This document shows positions 50,057 through 60,835 of a DNA stretch of 64,000 nucleotides, piece after piece. Both the position numbers and the translations under genes were made by a program. Every line of letters starts with the position of its first letter. Position 1 is the stretch's first letter. The notes beneath the pieces were generated by a model. That model did not search any database. It saw nothing but the letters and a program-made list of their open reading frames with translations, and had not been told where the DNA came from. Source of the stretch: Alphaproteobacteria bacterium (GTDB taxonomy: Bacteria; Pseudomonadota; Alphaproteobacteria; SP197). The stretch covers positions 896,001-960,000 of the forward strand of contig OZ219917.1 in assembly GCA_964291415.2 (NCBI GenBank), written 5' to 3'.

Positions 50057-50839
50057 GTGGCCGAGCGGCCGGATGAAGGTGTAGTCGCGATCGAGCATGT
50101 CTCCAAGCTCTTTCCCTCGACGGAGGGCGAGTCTACCTGGGCGCTTCTCGACGTGTCGCTGTCCATCCGGGATGGGGAGTTCGTGTGTGCGATCGGGCCG
50201 AGCGGGTGCGGAAAGACGACGCTCCTCAACCTGATCGCAGGCTTCATCGAACCGACGCGTGGTGAACTTCGTTTCGACAGGACGCCGATCTCGGGGCCGG
50301 CACCTGAACGCGGCGTCGTTTTCCAGGAGTATGCCCTTTTTCCCTGGTTGACAGCACAGCGCAACGTTGAGTTCGGTCTGAAAATGCAGGGCATGGCAAA
50401 GGCCGAGCGAAGGGAACGCGCTCACGAGGCATTGAATCTCGTCGGTCTTGCAGATGCGGCCCGACGCTATCCCTTCGAGCTTTCTGGCGGCATGCGTCAG
50501 CGGGTGGCTGTCGCGCGCGCTCTGGTGAATCACCCCCGGATCCTGCTGATGGATGAACCTTTCGCAGCAGTCGACGCCCTGACCCGCGCTTCCCTTCAGA
50601 CCGAACTGCTGAGGATCTGGGAGGAGATCGGCATCACGATCTTCTTCATCACGCACAACATCGAGGAAGCCGTCTATCTCGGGGATCGCATTGTCGTGAT
50701 GTCACCCAATCCCGGCCAGATACAGGAAACGGTGGAAGTGGACGTCGCTCGGCCACGGAACCGGAGTGAGCTCGAGTTCGGTCGGCTCTATGCAAAGGTC
50801 AACGGTATCTTCCATCGGCAAGGAGATTCAGCGTCATGA
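50057..50839 (+). CDS. SsuB/TauB-type ABC ATP-binding protein
   Basis: GPSGCGKTT, VFQEYALFPW, LSGGMRQR, MDEPF, ITHNIEEA; start uncertain. Confidence 0.92.
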   Translation: MAERPDEGVVAIEHVSKLFPSTEGESTWALLDVSLSIRDGEFVCAIGPSGCGKTTLLNLIAGFIEPTRGELRFDRTPISGPAPERGVVFQEYALFPWLTAQRNVEFGLKMQGMAKAERRERAHEALNLVGLADAARRYPFELSGGMRQRVAVARALVNHPRILLMDEPFAAVDALTRASLQTELLRIWEEIGITIFFITHNIEEAVYLGDRIVVMSPNPGQIQETVEVDVARPRNRSELEFGRLYAKVNGIFHRQGDSAS

Positions 50840-51723
50840 CGGAGATGGAAACGGACTCTGGTTCTGCTCGTGCTGGAGAACGGGAGCTATTGACGCCGGA
50901 TCTTGTGCAAAGGATCGAGGAGAGGTTTCGCTACGACCTGCAGCGCAGTCGCCACCGCCGCCGGGTTCAGCGCCTGATGCTGAACGTTGCGGGTGTGATT
51001 CTGTTCCTGATCGTCTGGGAGGTCGCTCCACGCGTGGTTCCCGGGGTGAACCTGCAAATGTTTCCCCCGCCCTCTGGTGTTGTCGGAACCCTCTGGGACC
51101 TGATTGCCAGCGGTGAACTGGCCGGTCATGCCTGGTCGAGCCTGAAGCGCGCCATTGCCGGCTTCGTGCTGGGCTCGACAGCCGGTATCCTTGTCGGCTT
51201 GCTGACAGGCCGCCTCATGATGCTGCGCGACCTGTCCGATCCCGTGCTTCACAGCCTGAGGTCGATACCATCGATCGCTTTCGTTCCACTGGCCATCGTC
51301 TGGTTTGGCCTGGGCGAAACGCCCAAGATCGCCCTGATCACCTGGGGTACGTTCTTCCCCGTCTGGGTGAACACGTTCATCGGCGTCCGTGATGTGCCCA
51401 ACATCTATGTTCGTTCCGCAGCAAGCCTGGGGGCTTCACCCGCGGGAATCATGCTGCAGGTTGTTCTGCCAGCAGCATTGCCGTTTATCATCGCCGGCCT
51501 GCGTCAGGCCACGGCTGTTGCCTTTGTCATCCTGGTCGCCGCGGAACTGGTCGGGGCAAGCAGCGGTCTGGGCTACCTTATCTCCTTTTCTCACCTGGTG
51601 TTCAGAGTCGACATGATGTTCGTCGGGCTGATGGCGTTGGGCGCGCTGGGATTTCTGGCCGACACGCTGTTTGCAGCGTCACTCGACAAGATTTTTCCCT
51701 GGTATGGCGCCGAAGCGCGATGA
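50836..51723 (+). CDS. SsuC/TauC-type ABC permease
   Basis: SLKR...G, RSIPSIAFVPL..WFGLGE, LPAALP, AAELVGASSGLG. Confidence 0.92.
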   Translation: MTEMETDSGSARAGERELLTPDLVQRIEERFRYDLQRSRHRRRVQRLMLNVAGVILFLIVWEVAPRVVPGVNLQMFPPPSGVVGTLWDLIASGELAGHAWSSLKRAIAGFVLGSTAGILVGLLTGRLMMLRDLSDPVLHSLRSIPSIAFVPLAIVWFGLGETPKIALITWGTFFPVWVNTFIGVRDVPNIYVRSAASLGASPAGIMLQVVLPAALPFIIAGLRQATAVAFVILVAAELVGASSGLGYLISFSHLVFRVDMMFVGLMALGALGFLADTLFAASLDKIFPWYGAEAR

Positions 51724-51753
51724 TCGTTCGGGCGACGTGAGGGACGTCAGGTC

Positions 51754-53415
51754 ATGAGCCGCCCTCTGTTCGTGTGTGGCGCAGACATCGTGACCATGGA
51801 TGCTGCCTCGCCCCGTGCCGAGGCCATGCTGGTGCGCGATGGCCGGATAGTTGAGGTTGGTCGCAACGACGACATCGCGGGCGACCTTCCTTCCGGAACC
51901 GAGACGGTCGATCTGGAGGGCCGATGCGTCATTCCCGGATTGATCGACGCCCATGCCCACATGGAGCGCGAGGGCCTCAAGGACATCCGGATCAGTCTGG
52001 CGGGCGCACGTTCACTCGACGATGTCCTGTCGCGGGTGGCCGCTGCTGCTGTCATGACACCGAAAGGCGCATGGATCGTCACAATGCCGGTCGGAACAGC
52101 TCCCTACTATCTGGACGGTCCCTCGGCGCTCGTGGAAGGCCGTCTGCCGGACCGTCGGGAGCTCGACCAAGTGGCTCCCGACCATGCCGTTTACATCATG
52201 GCGCCCTTCGGCTCGTGGAGCCGGGTGCCGACGCATGCAGCATTGAACACCTTGGCGCTGGATCGTGCCGGCATCCTTCAGGGGTCCAGAGCACGCTGTG
52301 ACGGCGTCGACATTGAATGCGATTCGGACGGCGTTCCCAGTGGCATCATCGTCGAGCACAACGAGCGCCCAAGCCTGGAGTTCGATCTCTTGAAGAGCCT
52401 GCCAGGTTTCACCTGGCACCAACGCTTCGAAGCCATTCAGCGCTCCATGAAAATCTACAATGCCGCCGGAACGACCAGCGTCTACGAAGGCCATGGCTCC
52501 TACGCCATGAGTGTCGGGCTCTACCAGCATCTCTGGGAGGAGCGGAAACTCAGTGTCCGCGTGTCATTGACGATCAGCCCGACCTGGAACAGCCCGGACG
52601 AAGCCCGTCGAATCATGCGTGACTGGCTGGGCTTTGCCCGAGGCCGCGGACTGGGCGATGAATGGTTGCGTGTATCGGGTGTCTACATTGGCTTTGGAGG
52701 GAACGCCTGCACCTCCGAACTGATGCGAGAATCACTGCCCGATACCGGATGGGCCGGCTTTGTCGAATGGTGCAACGACGAAGAACAGTATGCCGCGCTT
52801 GTTGGCCTGGCTGCCGAATTCAACCTGCGTGTTCACACGGTGATTCTCGAGGATCTGGGACGGGTTCTGCCGATCTTCGAGCGACTCGCCGAGCGCTATG
52901 CCATCGCGAGGCGCCGTTGGGTGATGGAGCATGTCGGTCAGCTCGCGCCATCCGATTACCAGCGCGTGCGCCGACTCGGTCTCATCATCACGACCATTCC
53001 GGTCTATCAACTCTGGAAGAACGGCGATGACTACTTCGACGCGCCGAATGAAGGCAACGAGGTCGCGGCCCACAAGTCCCTGCTGGAGGCTGGCATTCCG
53101 GTCGCGATCGGCTCGGACAACATTCCCGTTTCCCTGTTCAGGGCCATGGCCGTGACACGCCAAAGGCTCGAGCATGTCACCGGACGATGCATCGGGCCGG
53201 ATCAGAGGCTCGATGGTATGGCGGCGTTGAGAACCTGCACGATCGAGGCCGCACGCCTCTCGTTCGAGGAGGATCTCAAGGGTAGCCTGACCCCAGGCAA
53301 GCTGGCCGATTTCTCGATCCTCTCCTGTGATCCGACGATCGTGGACGATAGGACGCTGGAGACACTGAAGCCGGATGCAACCGTGGTAGACGGCCGTTTC
53401 GTCTTTCGTGCATGA
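51754..53415 (+). CDS. Amidohydrolase 3 family protein (YtcJ-like)
   Basis: DLEGRCVIPGLIDAHAH, LDQVAPDHAV, MEHV, GSDN, KGSLTPGKLADF. Confidence 0.85.
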   Translation: MSRPLFVCGADIVTMDAASPRAEAMLVRDGRIVEVGRNDDIAGDLPSGTETVDLEGRCVIPGLIDAHAHMEREGLKDIRISLAGARSLDDVLSRVAAAAVMTPKGAWIVTMPVGTAPYYLDGPSALVEGRLPDRRELDQVAPDHAVYIMAPFGSWSRVPTHAALNTLALDRAGILQGSRARCDGVDIECDSDGVPSGIIVEHNERPSLEFDLLKSLPGFTWHQRFEAIQRSMKIYNAAGTTSVYEGHGSYAMSVGLYQHLWEERKLSVRVSLTISPTWNSPDEARRIMRDWLGFARGRGLGDEWLRVSGVYIGFGGNACTSELMRESLPDTGWAGFVEWCNDEEQYAALVGLAAEFNLRVHTVILEDLGRVLPIFERLAERYAIARRRWVMEHVGQLAPSDYQRVRRLGLIITTIPVYQLWKNGDDYFDAPNEGNEVAAHKSLLEAGIPVAIGSDNIPVSLFRAMAVTRQRLEHVTGRCIGPDQRLDGMAALRTCTIEAARLSFEEDLKGSLTPGKLADFSILSCDPTIVDDRTLETLKPDATVVDGRFVFRA

Positions 53416-53577
53416 CGAGCTTGGAGAGTTCGGACGACCGTAACGCAAGGCGCGGAATCCCTGGGACGAGGTCGGGACCCAGTTCGGCCACCCGGTGCAG
53501 TTTGCGTTCCTTGCCAGTTTCCCGGAACCGATGTTTTTTCGCCCTCACCGTGCCGCGACGGGGAACTCAACGTCCAT

Positions 53578-54267
53578 TCACGTTTCGTCAGCTGGCCCCG
53601 CACCCTCGCTTCTCGACCGCTCGGTCGAGGGCACCAGTGTCTTGCCATAATAGGCGAGAACGCCGGACCAGGCCGCGCCGTCGACAGAGATTCCGTGATC
53701 CAGCGCCGCTTGCCGTCCCTCGTCGACGGCATTGAGGGGGATGCAGTCGGGAACGGTAGCGCCCGGGGCATTCGCCACCACCGTCACCGCTGCCCGGCCA
53801 CAGGTGGTGTTCCCCTTCACCGCCACCATGTTCCCGGCGACGTCGATGGCCGTTTCGGCGCCCCTGTGCCAGGAAAGGCGGACGTGGCCCGAGCCGGCAG
53901 CGGCCACGGCGCCCGCAAGAAGAAGCGGGACATCCACCTCCTCCACCTGGAGTGCCAAGGGTTCGGCCGGCGCCATGGAGAGCCGGTCCGTGATGACGGG
54001 ACCGGCGAAGATCGCCGATACCGTCCGTCCGTCGCGACAGGCAACCCGATTGTCCCGGATCACGAGGTCACCGCCGCTTTGCCCCCTTGCCAGGGCATCG
54101 AGCGCGGGCAGCGCTGCCCGGGCCGGGTCCTTGTCGACGAAGGCAAGCCACGCCGCGGTGGCGGCAAACTCCTCGCAGATGCCGACGGGGGCGCCGGCGC
54201 CGGCGGCGGCACGCGCAAGGTGGAAGAGGATCTCGTTGAGCGAGAGAAGGGCAGGAGATGTTGTCAT
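53578..54267 (-). CDS. DUF3726-like protein
   Basis: SLNEI...RAAAGAG...EE.A...WL at the N-terminus and TLVPSTERSR..GAG at the C-terminus. Confidence 0.7.
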   Translation of the reverse strand: MTTSPALLSLNEILFHLARAAAGAGAPVGICEEFAATAAWLAFVDKDPARAALPALDALARGQSGGDLVIRDNRVACRDGRTVSAIFAGPVITDRLSMAPAEPLALQVEEVDVPLLLAGAVAAAGSGHVRLSWHRGAETAIDVAGNMVAVKGNTTCGRAAVTVVANAPGATVPDCIPLNAVDEGRQAALDHGISVDGAAWSGVLAYYGKTLVPSTERSRSEGAGPADET

Positions 54268-54531
54268 GCCGGACTCTAGGCGGAACTCAACTGGCGCTCA
54301 ATTTGTCCAACTCGGTGTATTGAAGGCGCATGTTGCGTGACTGAAACATGTAACCCGTCGTGTGTTCCCATAACAGACGCCTCATGGTCTTCAGCATCGA
54401 ACACGTCCCCGACCAGGCCGGCAAGCCTGCCTGCTCCTCAAGCAAGGCCTGGCGCAAAGGGTTCGGGTTCAGGAAGAAGACCATCGCCAGCCTCGCCATG
54501 CTCCCCGATCATGTCGTCGAGGACGGGACTG

Positions 54532-55548
54532 TCAGATCGCGGGGGCGTAGATGACGTTGGCCTGACCCGCGAGCCGGCTGTCGGTCGACCTGATCCGCAC
54601 CGGCTCGGCGTTCAGTAGTTCGCGACACCGCTCCACGGTCTCGCGCTCGAGGCGCGCCATCGCCTCGCGCGTGTAGAAGGCAAGGTGCGGCGTGAGAATG
54701 ACGTTCGGCATGCCGTAGAGATCGGAGAGGGGGTGCCCCTTGCGGGCCAGGGGCTCGTCGTCGAAGACATCCAGTCCGGCGCCGGCGATCCGCTGCTCCA
54801 GGAGTGCTTCGACGAGTGCTGTCTCGTCGACGATGGCGCCGCGCGAGACATTGACGAGGATCGCCGTCGGCTTCATGAGGGCGAGTTCGCGGGCACCGAT
54901 CATGCCCCGGGTGGTGCTGTCGAGAACCGCCAGCACCGCCACCGCATCGGCTGCCGCCATGAGATCGTCGAGGGTATCGAGCTTCACGACGCCGAGCGCT
55001 TCCATGTCGGCGGCGGGTACGCAAGGGTCATAAGCCACGACGCGTGCGCGAAAGCCGCATCCGGCCATGCGTGCCAGGCTGCGGCCGATCCGGCCAAGTC
55101 CGACAATGCCGATCGTCTGGCCGGCGATGTCCGAACCGATCCAGGCCGGTTCCGGCCAGGCCCAGCCGTGTTGTTGCATGTGACGATGGAGATCCGGCAG
55201 GCGCCTGGCGAGAGCGATGATGAGAGCGAAGGCAGCTTCGGCCACGGTCTCTTCGGCGTAGGTCGGGATGTTGACCACCGTGACGCCGCGATGCCTTGCC
55301 GCCGCAATGTCGATGGCATCGATGCCGACGCCATACTTGACGATACCGCGCAGACGGGTGGCGGCGGCGATGGCTTTCGCCGTGACGGGCGTGTAGCACG
55401 CAAGGAGGACATCGGCATCGGCCAGGGCCTCGATCAGGCGTGCCTCCGGGATGGCGTGGGGCAACAGGAGAAGCTCGTGTCCGTCCCGCCGGAGCCCTTC
55501 GTCGATACGCGGAGTGCTGATCTCGCAGTCGGTCCGGACGATTCTCAT
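54532..55548 (-). CDS. D-isomer-specific 2-hydroxyacid dehydrogenase family protein (PbfF-like candidate)
   Basis: KYGVGIDAID, GLGRIG, NVSRGAIVDE, LDVF..EP, TPHLAFYT; ATGA-coupled to pbfA. Confidence 0.85.
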   Translation of the reverse strand: MRIVRTDCEISTPRIDEGLRRDGHELLLLPHAIPEARLIEALADADVLLACYTPVTAKAIAAATRLRGIVKYGVGIDAIDIAAARHRGVTVVNIPTYAEETVAEAAFALIIALARRLPDLHRHMQQHGWAWPEPAWIGSDIAGQTIGIVGLGRIGRSLARMAGCGFRARVVAYDPCVPAADMEALGVVKLDTLDDLMAAADAVAVLAVLDSTTRGMIGARELALMKPTAILVNVSRGAIVDETALVEALLEQRIAGAGLDVFDDEPLARKGHPLSDLYGMPNVILTPHLAFYTREAMARLERETVERCRELLNAEPVRIRSTDSRLAGQANVIYAPAI

Positions 55549-56900
55549 CGACGGCGCTCCTCCTGGTCGATCGCGTTCTGAACGACATCGAGGGCCCGGT
55601 CGAGATCCTCCCTGGAGATCACGAGCGGTGGCGACAGGGTGAGGACGCACCCCTGGCTGATCTTGAAGCTCACGCCGCCCTCGAGGCAGCGGTAGAAGAT
55701 CCGCTCGGCAGCTTCGCGATTCTCCTCCCGTGTCGCCCGGTCCTTCACGATCTCGATCCCGAGCATCAGTCCTCGGCCGCGCACATCGCCGACGAGGGGC
55801 TGGTCGGCCCCGAAGGAGCGCAGCCTTGCCAGGGCATGGGCGCCGAGGTCGGCGGCCCTCTCGACGAGGCCTTCCTCCTCGATGACCTCGAGAGTGGCGA
55901 GTGCCGCCGCCGCCGTCACCGGGTTCTTCTCGTGGGTGTAGTGACCGATGGCGAAGTCGCCGCCGACATCGAGGCCGGGACGCGCCAGACAGGCCGCGAT
56001 CGGAAGAACGCCGCCACCCAGGGCCTTGCCCAGGGTCACGATGTCGGGAACGACATCGTCGTGTTCACAGGCGAACATCCGGCCGGTCTTGCCGAGGCCG
56101 GTGGGAATCTCGTCGAGGATCAGCAGGGCGCCGTGGCGATCGCAGGCTTCCCGCACCGCCCTCCAGAATCCGGGCGGCGGAACATGGGGAACCGCACGCA
56201 TGGGTTCGCCGATGACGGCGGCGACGTCGCCCTCGCGCTCGAGCACATAGTCGACCATCCGCGCGCAGGCCAGGCCGCAGACATGCGGGCCGGCATGGCT
56301 GTAGGGGCAACGGTAGCAGGCGAACGGCGCCACGTGTTCCGTGCCCGGCAGCAGCGGTCCGGCAATATGGCTGCGAAAGGTCGCCTCGCCGCCGATCGCC
56401 GCCGCCCCCAGTCCGGCACCGTGGAAAGAGTCCCAGAACGAGACGGTCTTGAAGCGCCCCGTCGCCGCGCGGGCAATCTTGAGGGCCACCTCGTTGGCGT
56501 CGGAGCCTCCGGTGGTGAACAGCGCCTTCGCGTTCCCGCCCGGCGCGAGTTCGCCCAGCCGCTCGGCGAGGCGGACGGCCGGCTCGTTGGTGAAGCGGCG
56601 CGGTGAGAACGGCAAGGCGTCGAGCTGGGCCTTGATCGCCGCGATGACCCTGGGGTGGCCGTAGCCGATGTGATGGACGGAGTTGCCGTGAAGGTCCATG
56701 AAACGGCGCCCGTCGTGATCCTCGATCCAGATACCTTCGGCACGCCGGATGGTCGTCAGGCAGGGCGTGGAGAGACTCTGGTGCAGGAAGGCGCCGGCAT
56801 CGCGCTCGAGAAGCGGCGTGGAACGGCTGCCTGAAGTCCAGGCGCGTCGCGCCGCCGAGAGATTGGATTCGCCTTCCCCGTGAACGGTCGGGCCAGTCAT
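55545..56900 (-). CDS. pbfA: Class III aminotransferase-fold enzyme, probable (R)-1-hydroxy-2-aminoethylphosphonate ammonia-lyase
   Basis: [61 protein letters not shown]; sits within the phnWAY operon. Confidence 0.8.
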   Translation of the reverse strand: MTGPTVHGEGESNLSAARRAWTSGSRSTPLLERDAGAFLHQSLSTPCLTTIRRAEGIWIEDHDGRRFMDLHGNSVHHIGYGHPRVIAAIKAQLDALPFSPRRFTNEPAVRLAERLGELAPGGNAKALFTTGGSDANEVALKIARAATGRFKTVSFWDSFHGAGLGAAAIGGEATFRSHIAGPLLPGTEHVAPFACYRCPYSHAGPHVCGLACARMVDYVLEREGDVAAVIGEPMRAVPHVPPPGFWRAVREACDRHGALLILDEIPTGLGKTGRMFACEHDDVVPDIVTLGKALGGGVLPIAACLARPGLDVGGDFAIGHYTHEKNPVTAAAALATLEVIEEEGLVERAADLGAHALARLRSFGADQPLVGDVRGRGLMLGIEIVKDRATREENREAAERIFYRCLEGGVSFKISQGCVLTLSPPLVISREDLDRALDVVQNAIDQEERRR

Positions 56901-58342
56901 CCGGGCCACGGAAGCGAGTAGGTCTTGACGTTGGTGAAGAACCTCATGGCCTCCACGACACCCTCCTTGACGCCATTGCCGCTGTCCTTGATTCCGCCGA
57001 ACGGCGACATCTCGATACGATAGCCGGGCTGCTCCCAGATGTTGCAGGTGCCGACGTCGAGCCCGTTGATGAAGGCGATGGCGCGCCCGAGATCGTTGGT
57101 GCAGACCCCCGAGGAGAGGCCAAAGGGCGTGCCGTTCGAAATGGCCATGACGGCGGCATCGTCATCGGGTACGCGGAGGATCGGAATGACCGGACCGAAT
57201 GTTTCCTCCATCACGAGTTCGCTGTCCCGGGGCACGTGGTCGACGACGATCGGCGGCAGGAGAGCTCCCCGCCGCTCCGGGTGATAGAGAATCCGGGCGC
57301 CGGCCCTGGCGGCGTCGAGGACCCGATTCTCGAAGAGCGCCGCGGCCTCGGCATCGATGACGCAGCCGAGTTCCGTGGCCGGATCCTCGGGGTCGCCGAA
57401 CCTGATGGCGCGGGCCAAAGCGAGGACGCGGGCGACGAACGTTTCCGCCACGCTCTCCTGCACGAGGATGCGCTTGACCGCGGTGCAGCGCTGGCCCGAG
57501 TTGCCGGTGGCTCCGGCGACCGCGAGTCCGGCTGCCTTGTGGAGATCGTCGTCGCCGAGGTCGTTGAGGACGATCAGGGGATCGTTGCCGCCGAGTTCCA
57601 GGGCGGTGCGCCGGAACCCCGCCTTTTCGGCGATCATCTTGCCTACAGGCACCCCGCCGGTGAAGGTGATGATGTCGATGTTCCGGTTGGTGATCATCTC
57701 GTCGCCGATGTCGGCGGGCCAGCCGGTGACAACCTGGAACATCTCGGGCGGAAGCCCGGCCTCGTAGAGGATGTCGGCGAGGGCAATGGCCGTCAGGGGC
57801 GTACGCTCCGTGGGCTTGCAGACCATGCAATTGTTGGTCGCGATCGCCGGCGCCACCTTGTGGCTGACCATGTTGAGAGGGTGATTGAACGGGGTGATGG
57901 CGCTGATGGCGCGCACCGGTTCGCGCCTCGTGTAGATCTTGCGTTCCTTGCCCTGCGGCGTCAGGTCGCAGGAGAAGATCGTGCCGTCGTCGACCAGCGC
58001 CATCTGTCCGGCGAAGGTGAAGACGTCGCAGGCCCGTCCCGTCTCGTAGAGGGCGTGACGGTGGCAGATGCCGAGTTCCAGCGTGAGCCAGCGGGCGAGC
58101 CAGTCGCGCTTGCGTTCGATGAGTTCGGCCGTCCCGAGGAGGATCCTCTGGCGCTCGTAGCGGCTGAGCGTCGCCCGGTAGCCGGCGGCAACCTCGAAGG
58201 CGCGGGCAGCGTGTTCGGCCTTGCCCGCCGGAACCGAGCCGACGACCTCGCCTGTATAGGGGTAGTGCACGGGAATGACGTCATCGGTGAAGACGGTCTC
58301 GCCGCCGATCCTCATGCCTTCGTGACGAACCTCCCGGCCCAT
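56897..58342 (-). CDS. phnY: Phosphonoacetaldehyde dehydrogenase
   Basis: ALDH motifs [34 protein letters not shown]; FSCDLTP; operon context. Confidence 0.93.
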   Translation of the reverse strand: MGREVRHEGMRIGGETVFTDDVIPVHYPYTGEVVGSVPAGKAEHAARAFEVAAGYRATLSRYERQRILLGTAELIERKRDWLARWLTLELGICHRHALYETGRACDVFTFAGQMALVDDGTIFSCDLTPQGKERKIYTRREPVRAISAITPFNHPLNMVSHKVAPAIATNNCMVCKPTERTPLTAIALADILYEAGLPPEMFQVVTGWPADIGDEMITNRNIDIITFTGGVPVGKMIAEKAGFRRTALELGGNDPLIVLNDLGDDDLHKAAGLAVAGATGNSGQRCTAVKRILVQESVAETFVARVLALARAIRFGDPEDPATELGCVIDAEAAALFENRVLDAARAGARILYHPERRGALLPPIVVDHVPRDSELVMEETFGPVIPILRVPDDDAAVMAISNGTPFGLSSGVCTNDLGRAIAFINGLDVGTCNIWEQPGYRIEMSPFGGIKDSGNGVKEGVVEAMRFFTNVKTYSLPWPG

Positions 58343-59586
58343 CAGGCGGCGGCCGCGGCGGTGGCGTGGAAGAAGGCGTCGAAGTTGCGCAGGCGCGGCT
58401 CGTCGGGAATGTCAACGACACGATTGATGATGAAGGGGACCACCTGCTCCGTCAGGCCGCCATGGCTGCGCAGGGGTTCGCGCAGGAGATCGAGATCGTG
58501 ACGGTCACGTGAGGTGCCGATGCAGACATGGGCCCCTGAAATGATGACGATGTCGCCGATACGGTCGGCCGGCAGCTCGAACCGCGACACGGCTTCGGCC
58601 CGGGTCAGCACATGGGTGATTCCCTTCGTCTGCAGGAACCTCGCGATGATGGCGTTCACATCGGCGTCGTGCGGCAGGTAGGCGGTGGCGTAGGAGCCCA
58701 GCGCGCCGTGATGCACCACATAGGGATCGGTGATCGGCAGGATGACCCTGGCGGCCTCCCGGCCGAGCCAGTCATCCAGCAGGTCCTGGGCGTAGACGAC
58801 AGAGGGGGAGCCGTCGGAGAGATGCTTGGGCTTCATGCCGTGATCGGCCGTCAGCACGATCACCGCGCCGGCCGCGTCCATGGCGTCGAGGTAACGGTCG
58901 AACATGGCGTAGAAGGCCTTGGCCTCGGCGTCCTCGGGCGCGAACTTGTGCTGGATGTAGTCGCTCGTGGTGAGATAGAGCACATCCGGAGACCATTCGC
59001 GCAACAGCTTGACGCCGGCGGCGAAGACGAACTCGCTGAGCGCGCCCGAGTAGACCTCGGGCCTGGCCCGGCCGAGCCACGCGCTGGCGTTCTCGATACC
59101 GTGTTCGGCGAGGGTCGTGCTGTCGCAACGTTCGGCGGAAAAGCAGCGCCCCCGGTCCTGCGACATGGTGAGCCCGGCGCCGAGCAGGGCCCGCAACTTG
59201 TCCTTGGCCGTGACGATGCCGACCCGGGCGCCGGCATTCTGGAGGTCGCGGAAGATGGTGCCCGTCCTCAGGAACCGGACATCGTTCATCATCACTTCCT
59301 CGCCTGTCGCCGGATCGTAGAGAAAGTTGCCACAGATCCCGTGCACCGAAGGCGGCACGCCGGTGGCAATCGACAGATTGTTGGGATTGGTGAAGGTCGG
59401 CACCACGGCGTCCGCGAGGCGATCGGTTCCGGTCTCGCGGATCCTCGCCAGGCACGGCATCAGGCCGTCTTCGATCGCCCTGTCGAGATAGTCCGGTTCG
59501 CATCCGTCGAGACAGATGGCGATGACCGGCACCCTGGGAAAGGGATAGAGACGACCGTTGGTCTCGACCGCTGCCGTGGCGTTCAT
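58342..59586 (-). CDS. phnA: Phosphonoacetate hydrolase
   Basis: [53 protein letters not shown]. Confidence 0.95.
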   Translation of the reverse strand: MNATAAVETNGRLYPFPRVPVIAICLDGCEPDYLDRAIEDGLMPCLARIRETGTDRLADAVVPTFTNPNNLSIATGVPPSVHGICGNFLYDPATGEEVMMNDVRFLRTGTIFRDLQNAGARVGIVTAKDKLRALLGAGLTMSQDRGRCFSAERCDSTTLAEHGIENASAWLGRARPEVYSGALSEFVFAAGVKLLREWSPDVLYLTTSDYIQHKFAPEDAEAKAFYAMFDRYLDAMDAAGAVIVLTADHGMKPKHLSDGSPSVVYAQDLLDDWLGREAARVILPITDPYVVHHGALGSYATAYLPHDADVNAIIARFLQTKGITHVLTRAEAVSRFELPADRIGDIVIISGAHVCIGTSRDRHDLDLLREPLRSHGGLTEQVVPFIINRVVDIPDEPRLRNFDAFFHATAAAAA

Positions 59587-60746
59587 TGTTGCGATACCTC
59601 CGCGCTGGATTGTACGAGCGATGGTGCCGCGCTTGCGACGCCCATGTCCGCAAGCGAAGCGCGCGCCGCGGCCACGACCTGACGCATGACGTCCTCGTCG
59701 AGATCCCCGATGCAGCCGATGCGGAAACTCTCGACCGCAGTCTGCTTGCCGGGATAAATCACGAATCCCCTCGCCTTCATACGTTCATAGAACCGGTCGA
59801 AGTCGAACGCGGCGTCTGCCGGACACAGGAACGTGACGATGACCGGGCTTTGCCAGCGGTCGTCGAGCAGGGTGACGAAGCCTGCATCGCGCATGCCCGT
59901 TACCAGAACGTCGCAGTTGCGGGCATAGCGGGCGCCCCTTCCGGCAACCCCGCCCTCCGCCTCGTGGAGACGCAGGGCCTCCACGAAGGCCGCGATGCAC
60001 TGGGTCGGGGGCGTGAAGCGCCACTGGCCTGTCCGGTTCATGTGCGACCACTGGTCGTGAACATCGAGGCTGAGCGACCGGCTGTTCCCGTGAGCCTCCT
60101 CAAGGGCGTCCTTGCGGGCGACGATGAAGGCGAGGCCGGGCACCCCTTCGATGCACTTGTTGGCCGACGACACCACGGCGTCGAACGGGACGTCGGACGG
60201 CGAGAGCGGGAGGGCGCCGAAGGCCGACATGGAATCGATCAGGAACCGCCGTCCGGCCTGCCGGGTTGCCGATGCCATGGCGCTCAGTGGATTGAGCATG
60301 CCCGAACTCGTCTCGCAGTGGACCGCGACGACATGGGTGATCGCCGGATCGCGGGCCAGGGCCTCGGCGATGTCCGCGCCGCAGAGCGGCTGGCCGTCCC
60401 CCTTCTCGATAACCGTCGAGGCGCGGCCGAGGCAGGCCATCACCTTCGCGATTCGCCGGGCGTAGGCGCCGTTCGAGGGAATCAGGGCCTTGCCGCAGGC
60501 CGGAATGAAGGAGTTGAGCATGGCCTCTACCGAGAAGGTGCCGCTTCCCTGCATCGGCACGCAGTCGAAGTCCTCGTGAGCATCCTCGAGCATGGCGACA
60601 AGCCGCGTGCGCATCTCCCGCGTCAGGGCGATGAAGTCGTCATCACGGCTGCCCCAGTCGCGCAACATCGCCTGCCTGACCGACGGCGCGGTCGTCAGCG
60701 GACCGGGCGTCAACAGGTAAGGCGCGGAAGGATCGGCTCGTGTCAT
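59583..60746 (-). CDS. phnW: 2-aminoethylphosphonate--pyruvate transaminase
   Basis: LLTPGPLTT, DWGSRD, QGSGT, HCETSSG, DSMSAFG, SSANKCIEGVPG, QWRFTPPT, IYPGK. Confidence 0.95.
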   Translation of the reverse strand: MTRADPSAPYLLTPGPLTTAPSVRQAMLRDWGSRDDDFIALTREMRTRLVAMLEDAHEDFDCVPMQGSGTFSVEAMLNSFIPACGKALIPSNGAYARRIAKVMACLGRASTVIEKGDGQPLCGADIAEALARDPAITHVVAVHCETSSGMLNPLSAMASATRQAGRRFLIDSMSAFGALPLSPSDVPFDAVVSSANKCIEGVPGLAFIVARKDALEEAHGNSRSLSLDVHDQWSHMNRTGQWRFTPPTQCIAAFVEALRLHEAEGGVAGRGARYARNCDVLVTGMRDAGFVTLLDDRWQSPVIVTFLCPADAAFDFDRFYERMKARGFVIYPGKQTAVESFRIGCIGDLDEDVMRQVVAAARASLADMGVASAAPSLVQSSAEVSQQ

Positions 60747-60804
60747 GGCCCACCGGATAGCACCCGGGCTAGCCCAGGACAAAACCTTTCCTTACGATGA
60801 ATCG

Positions 60805-60819
60805 ATCAATTCAATTTAT
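60805..60819. promoter_or_regulatory. Possible LysR T-N11-A box in the divergent phnW/LysR promoter
   Basis: ATCA-N7-TTAT within an AT-rich patch between the divergent starts. Confidence 0.35.
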
Positions 60820-60835
60820 GGAAAGTCTGTCGGCC

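Noticed and set aside
54287-54499. 70-aa minus-strand ORF between the dehydrogenase and the DUF3726-like gene
   Set aside because: Could be a gene remnant, but I cannot assign any motif with confidence.
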